DNA from: Nitrospirota bacterium
GTDB lineage: Bacteria > Nitrospirota > UBA9217
DNA: 64,000 nucleotides
Direction of reading: 5' to 3'
NCBI GenBank assembly: GCA_963754875.1
Contig: CAVWHO010000016.1
Span: 288,001 to 352,000, forward strand
Below are positions 39,227 to 49,472 of the stretch, one piece after another. The notes under the pieces are model-generated. The model did no database searches, had not been told where the DNA came from, and saw only the letters and a program-made list of their open reading frames with translations. The translations under genes and the position numbers were made by a program. Position 1 is the stretch's first letter, and each line of letters starts with the position of its first letter.

Positions 39227-40812
39227 TTGACCGAATAGTCGATAGGGCATTCGATGAGGACCACTGTTTTCAGGGAGAATGCCTTTCGCAGCAGTTCCGA
39301 TAAATCATCGCCCTGCCTCACTTTCATGCCCACGGCCCCGTAGCTTTCGGCGTACTTTACGAAGTCAGGGTTCCGGTAGTCGAGGCCGAAGTTCTCAAAT
39401 CCCTTGGCCTGCTGTTCCCACTTGATGAACCCGTAAGCATTGTCATTCAGCACCAGCACGACGATCGGAATCGAGTAACGAAGCGCGAGCTCGAGCTCGC
39501 GCGAGTTCATCATGAACCCGCCGTCGCCCACCACGGCGAGCACGTTCCGGTCGGGTCTCACCATCTTGGCCGCTATGCCGGTAGAAAGGCCCGCTCCCAT
39601 GGTTGCAAGGGCATTGTCCAGTAGAAAGGTATTGGGTTTATACGTACGATAGAGCCTTGAGAACCACAGTTTGTAGATCCCGTTGTCCAGGGTCACGATA
39701 TCCTCGTGCGACAGAACCTCACGCACGTGCCAGACGACTTCCTGCGGCGTCAGGGGATACTGTTTCTTAAAATCGAGCGACAGTTTTTCATCCAGGAATT
39801 CCCGGACCGCCGAAAAGGTTTCTCCGCTCTTTCTTCCCGCTATCAGCTCCCCGAGTTGCCGGAGGGAGCAGGAAATGTCGCCGATAATCTCGATGTCCGG
39901 GTTGTAGAAGGCATCGATTTCCGCGGCTGCAAAGTCGATGTTGATGATCTTTTTATCGAGGTCGCGGTTCCAGACAAAGGGCGGATACTCTACGATGTTG
40001 TACCCGATCGTGATGATGAGGTCTGCCAGGTCGATCCCGCAGTTCACATAATCGCGCCGGTGGATGCCTGTTGCGAAAAGGCTGTATTTCGATGCATCGC
40101 TCACCACGCCCTTACCCATTTGCGTATGGACCGCGTAAATGCCGGTCTTCTCGATGAATTGCATGAGCTGGCGCGTGATCAGGTTGCGGTTCGCGCCCGA
40201 TGAGAGAATGATGAGCGGATTTTTTGATTGATTGATCAGCTCTGCGGCCCGCAGGAGGGCCTTGGGATCGGGTGCAGGTCTGCGTACGAGACCACGCTTC
40301 TGCACCCGCGCTTCGGTCTTGCTTTCCGCGACATCTTCGGGAAGCTCAATGTGCACTGCGCCGGGCCGTTCGGCCTGGGCGAGTTTAAATGCGTTCCTAA
40401 CGATCGTCGGGACAGTCCCCGGGTCGATTATGGAGACGGCTTCCTTTGTAATCGGCCGCATCATGCTTACAATGTCGATAAGCTGGAACCGGGCCTGCCG
40501 GTTCCCGCGGACCGCCTTTTGTCCCGAGATGGAGATGAACGGCGCGCCGATCAGTTGGGCATGGGCAACGCCCGTCACCAGGTTCGTCGCCCCCGGGCCG
40601 AGGGTCGAAAAGCACACGCCGGCTTTTCCCGTCAAGCGGCCGTAGGTGGCCGCCATGAACGCCGCGGTCTGCTCGTGGCGCGTGACAATGAGCTTGATCT
40701 TCGACGTACGGAGCGACTCGAGAAAATCGAGGTTCTCCTCCCCGGGCACACCGAAGATGTATTCCACGCCCTCTTCCTCCAGCTGCCTCACGAACAGGTC
40801 CGATGCTTTCAT
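39178..40812 (-). CDS. ThDP-dependent enzyme of the acetolactate synthase-like family; candidate 2-oxoglutarate decarboxylase
   Basis: PGEENL, RHEQ, GPGATN, GDGGF...ND ThDP motif; no ilvN; follows SSADH. Confidence 0.85.
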   Translation of the reverse strand: MKASDLFVRQLEEEGVEYIFGVPGEENLDFLESLRTSKIKLIVTRHEQTAAFMAATYGRLTGKAGVCFSTLGPGATNLVTGVAHAQLIGAPFISISGQKAVRGNRQARFQLIDIVSMMRPITKEAVSIIDPGTVPTIVRNAFKLAQAERPGAVHIELPEDVAESKTEARVQKRGLVRRPAPDPKALLRAAELINQSKNPLIILSSGANRNLITRQLMQFIEKTGIYAVHTQMGKGVVSDASKYSLFATGIHRRDYVNCGIDLADLIITIGYNIVEYPPFVWNRDLDKKIINIDFAAAEIDAFYNPDIEIIGDISCSLRQLGELIAGRKSGETFSAVREFLDEKLSLDFKKQYPLTPQEVVWHVREVLSHEDIVTLDNGIYKLWFSRLYRTYKPNTFLLDNALATMGAGLSTGIAAKMVRPDRNVLAVVGDGGFMMNSRELELALRYSIPIVVLVLNDNAYGFIKWEQQAKGFENFGLDYRNPDFVKYAESYGAVGMKVRQGDDLSELLRKAFSLKTVVLIECPIDYSVNYETFSKELAHIVCKM

Positions 40813-40837
40813 GAAATCTCCCTATAAAAAAGTAGAA

Positions 40838-40947
40838 GGACGATAGACGACCGCTTGTTTCACGCGCTAAGACGATGGACGTGTAAAGCATGACCCTGCC
40901 CTTTGGTCCACTGCGTCCATCTTCCCTCGTCCCTCGTCCTTCGTCTG
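40838..40947. repeat. Bipartite inverted heptamer array (GGACGAT / TCGTCCC)
   Basis: ggacgat agacgac..agacgat ggacgtg ... gcgtcca tcttccc tcgtccc tcgtcct tcgtctg. Confidence 0.65.
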
Positions 40948-40952
40948 CTATG

Positions 40953-42458
40953 CTACTCCCGCACCAGGACCGTCTTGATATTCACGAACTCCTTCAGGCC
41001 GAAATGCGAAAGTTCCCTTCCGATGCCGGACTTCTTCACGCCGCCAAAAGGCAGCCGCGGGTCAGATTTTACCATATCGTTGATCGTCACGGTCCCGGTC
41101 TCGATCTGCGTTGCAAGCCGTTCTGCCCGGTCGATATTTCTGCTCCAAATCGAAGCTCCGAGCCCGAATTCGGTGTTGTTCGCCACTTTGATCGCTTCAT
41201 CCTCGCTCTTAACTGTGATTATCGGAGCGATCGGTCCAAACACCTCTTCGGTCATGATCTTCATGCTGTCCGAGGCGTTCACCACCGCGCAGGGCGAAAA
41301 GAAATATCCCTTCTTGAAGGGAGCTTGGTCCGTCTGCAGCACCTTTGCGCCTTTCGCCTTGGCGTCTTTGAGCTGCTCGTTCAGGGACTGGAGAATGTCC
41401 TTCCTGGACAGCGGGCCCACGTCCGTGGTCTCGTTCATGGGATCGCCGACCTTGAGCTCCTTGAGCCGCGCCATAAAGTGCTTCGTGAATTCATCGGCCA
41501 CCTTGTCCATGACGATGAAACGCTTTGCCGCGATGCAACTCTGGCCCGCATTGATCATGCGCGCATTGGCCGCCGTCCGCGCCGACTTCTCGATGTCCGC
41601 GTCGTCAAGCACGATATAGGGGTCCGAACCGCCGAGTTCTAGCACGACCTTCTTGATTCTGGCCCCTGCATGGGCGCCGACCTCTTCACCGGCCTTGTTG
41701 CTGCCCGTGAGCGACACCGCGTCCACCTTGTCCTCGTCGATGAGTCTCAACGTTTCCACCGAGTTTATAAGCAGGGTCTTGAAGACACTCTCCGGGAAGC
41801 CCGCCTTCTTGAAGGAATCTTCGATGGCAAGCGCCGTCATCGGGACGTTTGACGCATGCTTCAGGACGACCACGTTCCCGGCTGCGATCGACGGCACGCC
41901 GAACCGGAAGGCCTGCCAGAACGGAAAGTTCCAGGGCATGATCGCGAGCACGACGCCGAGGGGCTGGAACATGACATAGCTCTTCTTTGCCTCCGTCTTG
42001 ATCTCCTCGGGCTTCAGAAACGCCTCCGCATTGTCGGCATAATAATCCGCGAGCCAGGCGCACTTCTCGACCTCGGCGAGCGATTCTTTAATGGGCTTGC
42101 CCATTTCCTTCGTAATGAGCTCGGCGTAATTGCGTTTCTCCGCCCTGAGCACCTCAGCCAGCTTCTTCACGTATTTCACGCGCTCGGTCACCGGGATGTC
42201 GCGCCATTTCAAAAATGCGTTTCGCGAGGCGTTCAGTTGCCAGTCAACCTCCTGCCTGCTCATGAGATTGAATTCTTTTATAATCTGTTCTGTATAAGGA
42301 TTAATCGACTGTATTTTCGTCGGTTTCCGAACAACTGATTTTAACGCAGATCCTGTTTTCATTTTTTTCACCCCCTGGGAGGATACGGCTCGTTTCTTTT
42401 TGGGGCGTGCAGTTCCTTTTTTCATTGCCGCCTTAGTACGTGCTTTCGTAGTCGCCAT
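40953..42458 (-). CDS. Succinate-semialdehyde dehydrogenase (Sad/GabD1-type) with Lys-rich N-terminal extension
   Basis: MPWNFPFWQ, LKHASNVP, LELGGSDP, NAGQSCIAAKRF, SDPRLPFGG. Confidence 0.9.
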   Translation of the reverse strand: MATTKARTKAAMKKGTARPKKKRAVSSQGVKKMKTGSALKSVVRKPTKIQSINPYTEQIIKEFNLMSRQEVDWQLNASRNAFLKWRDIPVTERVKYVKKLAEVLRAEKRNYAELITKEMGKPIKESLAEVEKCAWLADYYADNAEAFLKPEEIKTEAKKSYVMFQPLGVVLAIMPWNFPFWQAFRFGVPSIAAGNVVVLKHASNVPMTALAIEDSFKKAGFPESVFKTLLINSVETLRLIDEDKVDAVSLTGSNKAGEEVGAHAGARIKKVVLELGGSDPYIVLDDADIEKSARTAANARMINAGQSCIAAKRFIVMDKVADEFTKHFMARLKELKVGDPMNETTDVGPLSRKDILQSLNEQLKDAKAKGAKVLQTDQAPFKKGYFFSPCAVVNASDSMKIMTEEVFGPIAPIITVKSEDEAIKVANNTEFGLGASIWSRNIDRAERLATQIETGTVTINDMVKSDPRLPFGGVKKSGIGRELSHFGLKEFVNIKTVLVRE

Positions 42459-42537
42459 CTGCGCCCTCCCTAGAAATAGTTCAAAGTTTAAAAAGCAAAA
42501 AAGCAGAAATATGATTCAACCGCAAATTGCATCCGCT

Positions 42538-42553
42538 TGTGACTCACATCAAC
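42538..42553. promoter_or_regulatory. Possible Crp/Fnr-family site upstream of SSADH
   Basis: TGTGA-N6-TCAAC. Confidence 0.35.
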
Positions 42554-42555
42554 TT

Positions 42556-43776
42556 CTACTTCCTCTTCTCCATCGGCTCATACGTGCACCCTATCTTGCC
42601 GCAGTAGTTGCCGATGTACTCTGACGACGGCCGGTAGAGCGCCGGTTTTCCCTGGGCGTCGCCGAACTTCTCCTCGATGATGTGCGCGGTCCAGCCCGCG
42701 ATCCGGGCCACGGCAAAGACCGGCGTCATCAGGTCCTGCGGGATGCCCATCATGTGGTAGACCGAAGCGCTGTAAAAGTCCACATTCGGCTTGATCGTGG
42801 TCTTCCCGCGTTTCTTGAATTCGGCCACCGCAGTCTCCTCGATCTGCGTGGAGAGACGGTACCACTGCTCCTGTTCCAGCTTCTCCCCAAGCCGTTTGCC
42901 CATCTCCTTCAGGAATTTCGCCCTTGGGTCGGTTGTCTTGTACACGGCGTGGCCCATGCCCATGATCTTCCGGCCGCTGTCGAGCTGCTTTTTCACCCAA
43001 CCAGCGACATCCTTCTCATTTTGAAGCTCCATCAGCATCTTCATGACCTGCGCATTGGCCCCGCCGTGCAGGCTTCCGGAAAGGGCGCCCACTCCTGCGG
43101 CGACGCCGGCGTACATGTGCGCCTGCGTCGAGACCACCTCTCGGCAGGCAAAGGTCGAGGCATTGAATGAATGGTCCGCATGGAGCACGAGCGCGGTATC
43201 GAGGTCTTTCGCCGTCTCCGGATCCGGCTTGATCCCGCTCAGTTGCCAAAGAAAGTTCGCGGCATGAGAAAGCTTGTCATCGGACGGGAGCGGTTCCAGT
43301 TCCAATCGTATCCTCTGCCAGGAGGAGACGATTTCAGCTACCCGCGCGATGAGCCGGATGGCCTTCGACATGTTCGCCTCCCGCGTTTCCAGCACAAGCT
43401 CGGGATCAGTCGTTGCCAGCAGCGGTATCGATGCCTGGAGCACATCCATGGGTTGCGCCGCTGGGGGCAGTCGCTTCATGTTCTCAATCACGAAGCCCGG
43501 CAAGCGCCTCGCCTCGACGAGCCGCCGTGAAAAATCCTTGAGTTGCTCAGGCGTGGGCAGGCTGTCGTGGAGCAGGAGATAAGTGGTTTCTTCGAACGTA
43601 GAATATCTTGCCAGGTCTTCTATCCGATAACCGCGATAGATAAGAACGCCATTCTCACCATCCACGTCGGAGATCTTCGTATCCGCAATGGTGACACCGC
43701 GCAGGCCGACGTTTTTTGTTGTTGCATCCTCGGTTGTTCTCTGTTTCATTTCTCTTGTTTGAGCATTTGCAACCAT
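42556..43776 (-). CDS. gltA: Citrate synthase (or 2-methylcitrate synthase)
   Basis: HADH..NAST, LHGGAN, GMGHAVY..DPR, PNVDFY. Confidence 0.92.
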   Translation of the reverse strand: MVANAQTREMKQRTTEDATTKNVGLRGVTIADTKISDVDGENGVLIYRGYRIEDLARYSTFEETTYLLLHDSLPTPEQLKDFSRRLVEARRLPGFVIENMKRLPPAAQPMDVLQASIPLLATTDPELVLETREANMSKAIRLIARVAEIVSSWQRIRLELEPLPSDDKLSHAANFLWQLSGIKPDPETAKDLDTALVLHADHSFNASTFACREVVSTQAHMYAGVAAGVGALSGSLHGGANAQVMKMLMELQNEKDVAGWVKKQLDSGRKIMGMGHAVYKTTDPRAKFLKEMGKRLGEKLEQEQWYRLSTQIEETAVAEFKKRGKTTIKPNVDFYSASVYHMMGIPQDLMTPVFAVARIAGWTAHIIEEKFGDAQGKPALYRPSSEYIGNYCGKIGCTYEPMEKRK

Positions 43777-43798
43777 GGCTGACACCTTCCTTTTTGAA

Positions 43799-45742
43799 CT
43801 AAGCTGCCATGAGCAGTTCTCTCTTCACAAAATTCAGCGTGCCGCCTGCCAGCAAATGCCTGCGCTGGCGGTCGGACACGTCCAGGAACGTGATGATCGT
43901 TTCTCCGTCCACCTCGACCGGGATCTCCCGATCTCCCCGCTCCAGCCGTCGTTTTACATCGGGAAACGCGACCTTCGTGCCTTTGTTCAGCCTTTCGTAG
44001 TCCGCAGGATCTTTGAACGTGAGCGGGAGGATGCCGAAGTTGCAGAGATTGGACTTGTGGATCCGGGCAAAGCTCTTGACGATCTTTGCGCGTACGCCGA
44101 GATAGCGCGGCGCCAGGGCCGCATGCTCGCGGCTCGATCCCTGGCCGTAGTTCTCGCCGCCCACGACGACCACCGTACCCCGGGCCCGGCACTCTTTCGC
44201 GAAATCGGGATCGACCTGGGAAAACACGAACTCGGACAGCGCTTCGATGTTCGAACGGAACGGCAACACGCGGTTGCCTGCCGGCATGATCCCGTCCGTC
44301 GACATGTTGTCTCCCACTTTCAACACGACCTCGGCTGCGAGCGTGTCAGGCAGCGGACCGAGCTCCGGCAGCGGCTTGATGTTCGGCCCGCGGACGATCT
44401 CCGTCTTTTTGAGTTCGTCTGATGGGAAGACAATCGACTTCTCGTCGATCAGATACTGTTTCGGGTCTTCGATCGCAGGATACGCCATCTCTTTTGCCAG
44501 ATCGCGGGGATCGGTTATGACGCCCTTAATGGCTGCCGCGGTCGCTGTCTCGGGCGAGCAGAGATAGATCTTGTCGTCCTTGGTCCCGCTTCTTCCCGGA
44601 AAGTTCCGCGGAAACGTTCGCAGGCTCACTTCGCCGGTGCCCGGCGCCTGGCCCATGCCGATGCATCCCTGGCACCCGGGCTCGTGCACCCGCGCGCCCG
44701 AGGTGAGAAAGGAGAGGAGACCGCCTGCCTGATAGACATTTTCGAGCACCTGACGGCTGCCGGGGTTCACGTGGAACGACGTGTCGGGATGAACGCGCCT
44801 GCCTTCGAGCATCTTGGCGGCGATCATCAGGTCCCGGAAGGAGGAGTTCACGCTGCTGCCCACGATGGCCTGGTCGACTTTGAGGCCTGCGATCTCCCGC
44901 ACCGGCACAATATTTCCCGGCGACGACGGCTTGGCAATCAGGGGCTCCAGCTTCGAAAGATCGATCTCGGCATATTCATTGTACAGGGCGCCTTCGTCGG
45001 CAGAAAGCGGGACCCAGGAAGCGCCCCGTCCCTGGGCGATCATATACTCCCGCGTACGTTCATCGGACGGGAAGATCGAGGTCGTGGCGCCCGTCTCGGT
45101 TCCCATGTTGCCGATGGTTTCCCGGTCCGTGGCTGAAAGGGTTTTCACGCCCGGTCCGTAATACTCGATGATCTTTCCCACGCATCCCTTGACGTCGTAG
45201 CGCCTGAGCATTTCGAGGATCACGTCTTTCGCACTCACCCAATCGGGAAGCTTCCCAATGAGCTTCACCCCGAGGACTTTGGGGCAGGGGAGAAAGTAAG
45301 GGTAACCGGCCATGGCCAGTGCCACGTCCAGCCCGCCTGCGCCGATGCCGAGCATCGAGATGCCGGCGGCCCCCGGGGTATGACTGTCCGCGCCGAGGAG
45401 GGTCTTGCCCGGGACGCCGAAACGCTCCATATGCACCTGGTGGGAAACGCCGTTACCGGGCCTGCTGAAATTGACGCCGTACCGGGCGGCCGCGGTCTGG
45501 AGAAATTTATGGTCGTCCGCGTTCTTATTGTCCGTCTGGAGGAGGTTGTGGTCCACATACTGCGCGGCGAGCTCGGCTTTCACCCGGTCGATGCCGATTG
45601 CTTCAAACTCCAGCATCGCAAGTGTGCCGGTCGCGTCCTGCAGTAAGGTATGGTCGATCGTGATGCCGATCTCCCTGCCCGGGACCAGCTCTCCCTCCTT
45701 CAGATGGGCTTCCAAAATCTTATTCGTAAGGTTTTTTTTCAA
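43799..45742 (-). CDS. Aconitate hydratase, short single-chain type
   Basis: QDATG, DHN, DSHT, GCQGC, RNFPGR, STD, GSSREHA; TTG start. Confidence 0.9.
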   Translation of the reverse strand: MKKNLTNKILEAHLKEGELVPGREIGITIDHTLLQDATGTLAMLEFEAIGIDRVKAELAAQYVDHNLLQTDNKNADDHKFLQTAAARYGVNFSRPGNGVSHQVHMERFGVPGKTLLGADSHTPGAAGISMLGIGAGGLDVALAMAGYPYFLPCPKVLGVKLIGKLPDWVSAKDVILEMLRRYDVKGCVGKIIEYYGPGVKTLSATDRETIGNMGTETGATTSIFPSDERTREYMIAQGRGASWVPLSADEGALYNEYAEIDLSKLEPLIAKPSSPGNIVPVREIAGLKVDQAIVGSSVNSSFRDLMIAAKMLEGRRVHPDTSFHVNPGSRQVLENVYQAGGLLSFLTSGARVHEPGCQGCIGMGQAPGTGEVSLRTFPRNFPGRSGTKDDKIYLCSPETATAAAIKGVITDPRDLAKEMAYPAIEDPKQYLIDEKSIVFPSDELKKTEIVRGPNIKPLPELGPLPDTLAAEVVLKVGDNMSTDGIMPAGNRVLPFRSNIEALSEFVFSQVDPDFAKECRARGTVVVVGGENYGQGSSREHAALAPRYLGVRAKIVKSFARIHKSNLCNFGILPLTFKDPADYERLNKGTKVAFPDVKRRLERGDREIPVEVDGETIITFLDVSDRQRRHLLAGGTLNFVKRELLMAA

Positions 45743-46098
45743 TCCTGAGCACCCGCTTTCTTGATCGCCGTCCCTTTAACAGGGATTGAATTTGTCCTTT
45801 TTTCAAGTATCTGCATCCGTAGCACTCAAAACGGCCGTACGCTTGTTCGTTTTTTTTCTTTAATATAATTTTACCACGGTTAGAAGCCCTTTGGGGAACA
45901 AGGCTGGATATTGCGGCGGGCTGATGCCGATCCTATCCGGAAAAGCGACATGACCGCTCAAAAAATGGTCATAAGGGGTCACAGCGGCACGGCGCGCCGG
46001 ACGTTTCCGCGGTACGTAGTTCCTCGTGAGCTTGGTGTCTTCGTATGAGAATATGGTTGCAGGATCCCGAGTACATTCCGCAAACCCTTTAGCGTTCC

Positions 46099-48768
46099 CT
46101 ACTCCGGATTCGGCCCGACCGTAATCTGGACGAAATCCGCGGGCCGGACCCATTTGGCAAATGCGTCTCGCACCTGGTCCGCTGTTGTCTCCAGAAACTT
46201 TCCCGCAGCCCGGACAGACTCGTCGAGCGGCAGATCGTCGAGTGAACGGGAGAGCAGCGTTCCGGCGATGCCGTCCATGCTCGCTTCCCCGAGCGGGACC
46301 TGTCTTACCAGGAGCGTCTTGGCACGCCGCAGTTCCTCCTCCGTGACCGGCGTCGTCTGCATCTCGCGCAGGTTGCGCTCCACCATGGCCCGTGCTTTGG
46401 ACGCATTCGGCGGGTCACAGGCATAGGCGACGCCAAAGAGTGACCTGTTCTTTCCCGCCTCAATGAACGAGTCCACGGTATAGACCAGGCCAGCCTTCTC
46501 GCGCAGGTCGCGGTACAGCCGCGTGGCATAGAATGCGCCGGACAGCACGTGGTTGCCGAGCTGGAGTTTATAATAGTCGGGATGTGTGCGCGTCACCCCG
46601 ACCGTCTCGGCGAGCGTCACCTGGTCCTGGACCCTGCTCGCGTCGGGTATGACGGGACGTTGATGGTTTGTTCGGCGGCACCGGCGGGAGGTCTGTTTGA
46701 GGCTTTTTCCCCGCTGCTTTCCATGCGCCGAAATATTTTTCAACCGCTGCCCGCGCCCGCTCAGGCGTCACCTGCCCGATGATCACGATGGTCGTCATGT
46801 CCGGACGGAAGGCCTTTGCGTAATAGGCCTTTACGTCCTTGAGAGTAAGCGTTGCCACAGACTTCGGCGTGGCGTCGCGGAGGACCGGGTCGTCCTTGGG
46901 ATAGAGAGCTTCGCGCAGCGCTCGTTGCGAAAGATAGGCTGGGCTCTGGATCTGCCCCTGAAGAGAGCCGATCGTTTCCTGCTGACTCACGGTAAATGCT
47001 GATTCGGGAAGCGCCGGGTGCAGCAGGTTGTCTGCAAGGAGCTCCATTCCGCGCTCGAATCGGTCCGAAAGGACCCTGAGCGAGAACGACGTGCCCGCTG
47101 ATATGTCCGCCGCAATGTCGTCCTGGGCCTTCTGGAAGGCGATCCGATCAAGGGACGTCGTCCCGTATGAGAAAAGGCCCCCCAGCACGTCCGAAACCCC
47201 TTCTTTGTCCATCGGCTCCTCAAGATCGTCGTTGTTTTTCACCTGCCCGATGAGGCTGACGGTGGGGCTTACACTCTCCGGCTGAACGATCAAGCGGATC
47301 CCGTTGGGGAGGATGGTCACGACGGGGCTTAACTTCGACGTTGGAAGGACAGGCACTGCCTCCGCCTTCTTGGCCCAGGCGGGAAGTTCAACCGGCTTGG
47401 TGCCGCTCGGCGCGAAGGACTCCCTGCCCCCGAAGCCCTTCGAAGCCACGGGTTTGCCCGAGGGGCGAGGTGTGAGAACGGCCGTGATGGCCGTATCGTT
47501 AATCAGGTACTGTCTGGCCACGCGCTTCACGTCCTCTACCGTCACCTTCCTGATCGCATTGATGTCGTCATCAGGAGAGCTGCGGCCCTCGATTGCGACG
47601 GCCTCGGACCAGGCGGATGCAAGTCCTGCCACGGAATTCTTCTGGAATTCCGCATCTGCTATTTCATGCCGCTTGGACGCTTCGACAAGGTCGGCCGGCA
47701 CGCCGTTCTTCAGGTACCCGGCAATGATGTTCTTTAGCATGCTTACCAGCGCCGCTCCGTCCCCTCCCTGGGGAAACGCAGCGAGCGCATAGCCATACCC
47801 TGCCTTGGGCAGAATGCCTCCGTCGAAGGTGGTAAAGAGCGCTTTCCCCTCAGGGACCAGGGCGTAGAGATTTCCTCTCTTACTGTCCAGCACATCGGCA
47901 AGAATCGTTCCTGCAGCGAAATCCGGGCTGTCATATCCCGGCAGACGATAGGCCACGACCGCAAGTCCGTAGGGAAGATCGGTATCGAGGGCGATGGACG
48001 CCGCCTTGGGCGGCTGCAGAGTGATTGCTGGCCGTGCTGGCACGAGACCGCCGGGGGATCGGCTCGAACAGTTCCTTCACCTTTGCCAGCGTTTTCTGCG
48101 GGTCTGACGTCGCCTACGATGACGAGGACGGCATTGTTCGGAGCGTACCAGGTATCATAGAACTGCTTCAGCATGGCGCCCGTTGTCTTCTGGAACGAGG
48201 GGCGCGTGCCGAGCGCGTCATGGGCATAGGGCGTCCCCGTGAACATCGCCGCCAGGAGCTGCATGGAAAAAAGATAATCCGGGCTCGACAGATCCTGCGC
48301 CACCTCCTGTTCGATCGCACCCCGTTCCTGCTCCCAGAGCTCCTGCGAGTCGAGCACGCCGTGCATACGCATGGCTTCCACGTTCAGGGCCACGTCGAGG
48401 TCGTCCTTCGGCACGGTAAAAAAATACTGGGTCACGGTCTGCTGCGTGTCGGCGTTAAACTCGCCGCCCATGAGCGCCATGATGTTCGAGAGCTGGGCCG
48501 CGGACAGCCCCGGGCTCCCGCGAAACATCATGTGTTCCTGCGCGTGCGCCGTGCCCGGGAACCCCTCCGGCGCTTCATTGGAACCGACGAGATAGTTCAC
48601 CTCCGTGGTCACCACCGGCGCCAGTTGGTTTTCCACGATCACGACGCGCAGGCCGTTTTCTAAAGTCGCGCGCAGCACAGCACCGTTCGCGGCATACAAT
48701 GTTGAAACAATGACTATCAGAAATAATGTACTGAACGAAAAGAAGAGAAGTGACTTACAAGTCTTCAT
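46099..48768 (-). CDS. M16 (pitrilysin-like) zinc peptidase, secreted (three frameshifts)
   Basis: HAQEH (HxxEH), YAPNNA; frame breaks near 48105, 48045 and 46636. Confidence 0.85.
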
Positions 48769-48907
48769 GATGATCTCCTGCGGGAAGGCAAGGTACTTAC
48801 GCCGGGATAAACGCGTATACTAAATTGTAGCGCAGACGAACGGAATGTCAACAACGGAGAGAGTGGCTATGGGCAAATAAAAAGTATGCCTCGATTTTAT
48901 GTCTGTA

Positions 48908-49444
48908 TCAATTCGGGAGGAGAGTAATCTGGGCGGCCTCGATGACTGGCTTCCCCTTCCTCGTGGTAATCACCCTGCCCTTCACGAGGACACGCTCGCC
49001 CTTCGGCTGTACAGGGGAAAGAGAATTCGGGATCCGTCCGGTTATATAGATGCACCCCGTTTCATCTTCCAACACCCAGTCGCTTCGGGTGATGAACGGC
49101 GAAACACATTTGCCTGTCCATCCACGGAACACGCCTTCCAGCACGATCTCCTTTTCGGTGAAAAGAGTTGGATTTTCCTGGATTGCCCTGACCGTTACAC
49201 CACTGCCCGAACGTGCAGGCTGCGAGGGTGGAACAGCGTCTTTGCTTTGTTCCACGGGTTGCTTCGCACCCATTGCGAACAGCGGTGTGGCCGGCATGAT
49301 GACAAGCGCTGCCACTGCAGCTGCCTGGATGATGCTCATGGCAAAGCATCGAGCGCCGCCGACAAGGTCGCCTATGTTCGCTCCGGCCCCCTCCTTCACA
49401 GGGAGAGGGCCGGAAGGCGGTGATGTGATCCTATTGTTCTTCAA
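48908..49444 (-). CDS. Secreted OB-fold-like protein
   Basis: TRSDWVLEDETGCIYITG; start uncertain. Confidence 0.55.
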   Translation of the reverse strand: MKNNRITSPPSGPLPVKEGAGANIGDLVGGARCFAMSIIQAAAVAALVIMPATPLFAMGAKQPVEQSKDAVPPSQPARSGSGVTVRAIQENPTLFTEKEIVLEGVFRGWTGKCVSPFITRSDWVLEDETGCIYITGRIPNSLSPVQPKGERVLVKGRVITTRKGKPVIEAAQITLLPN

Positions 49445-49472
49445 AGCCCGATTACCTCATTGTCCCGAGCTC

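Noticed and set aside
45745..46098. ncRNA upstream of aconitase
   Set aside because: No recognisable family motif or convincing structure.
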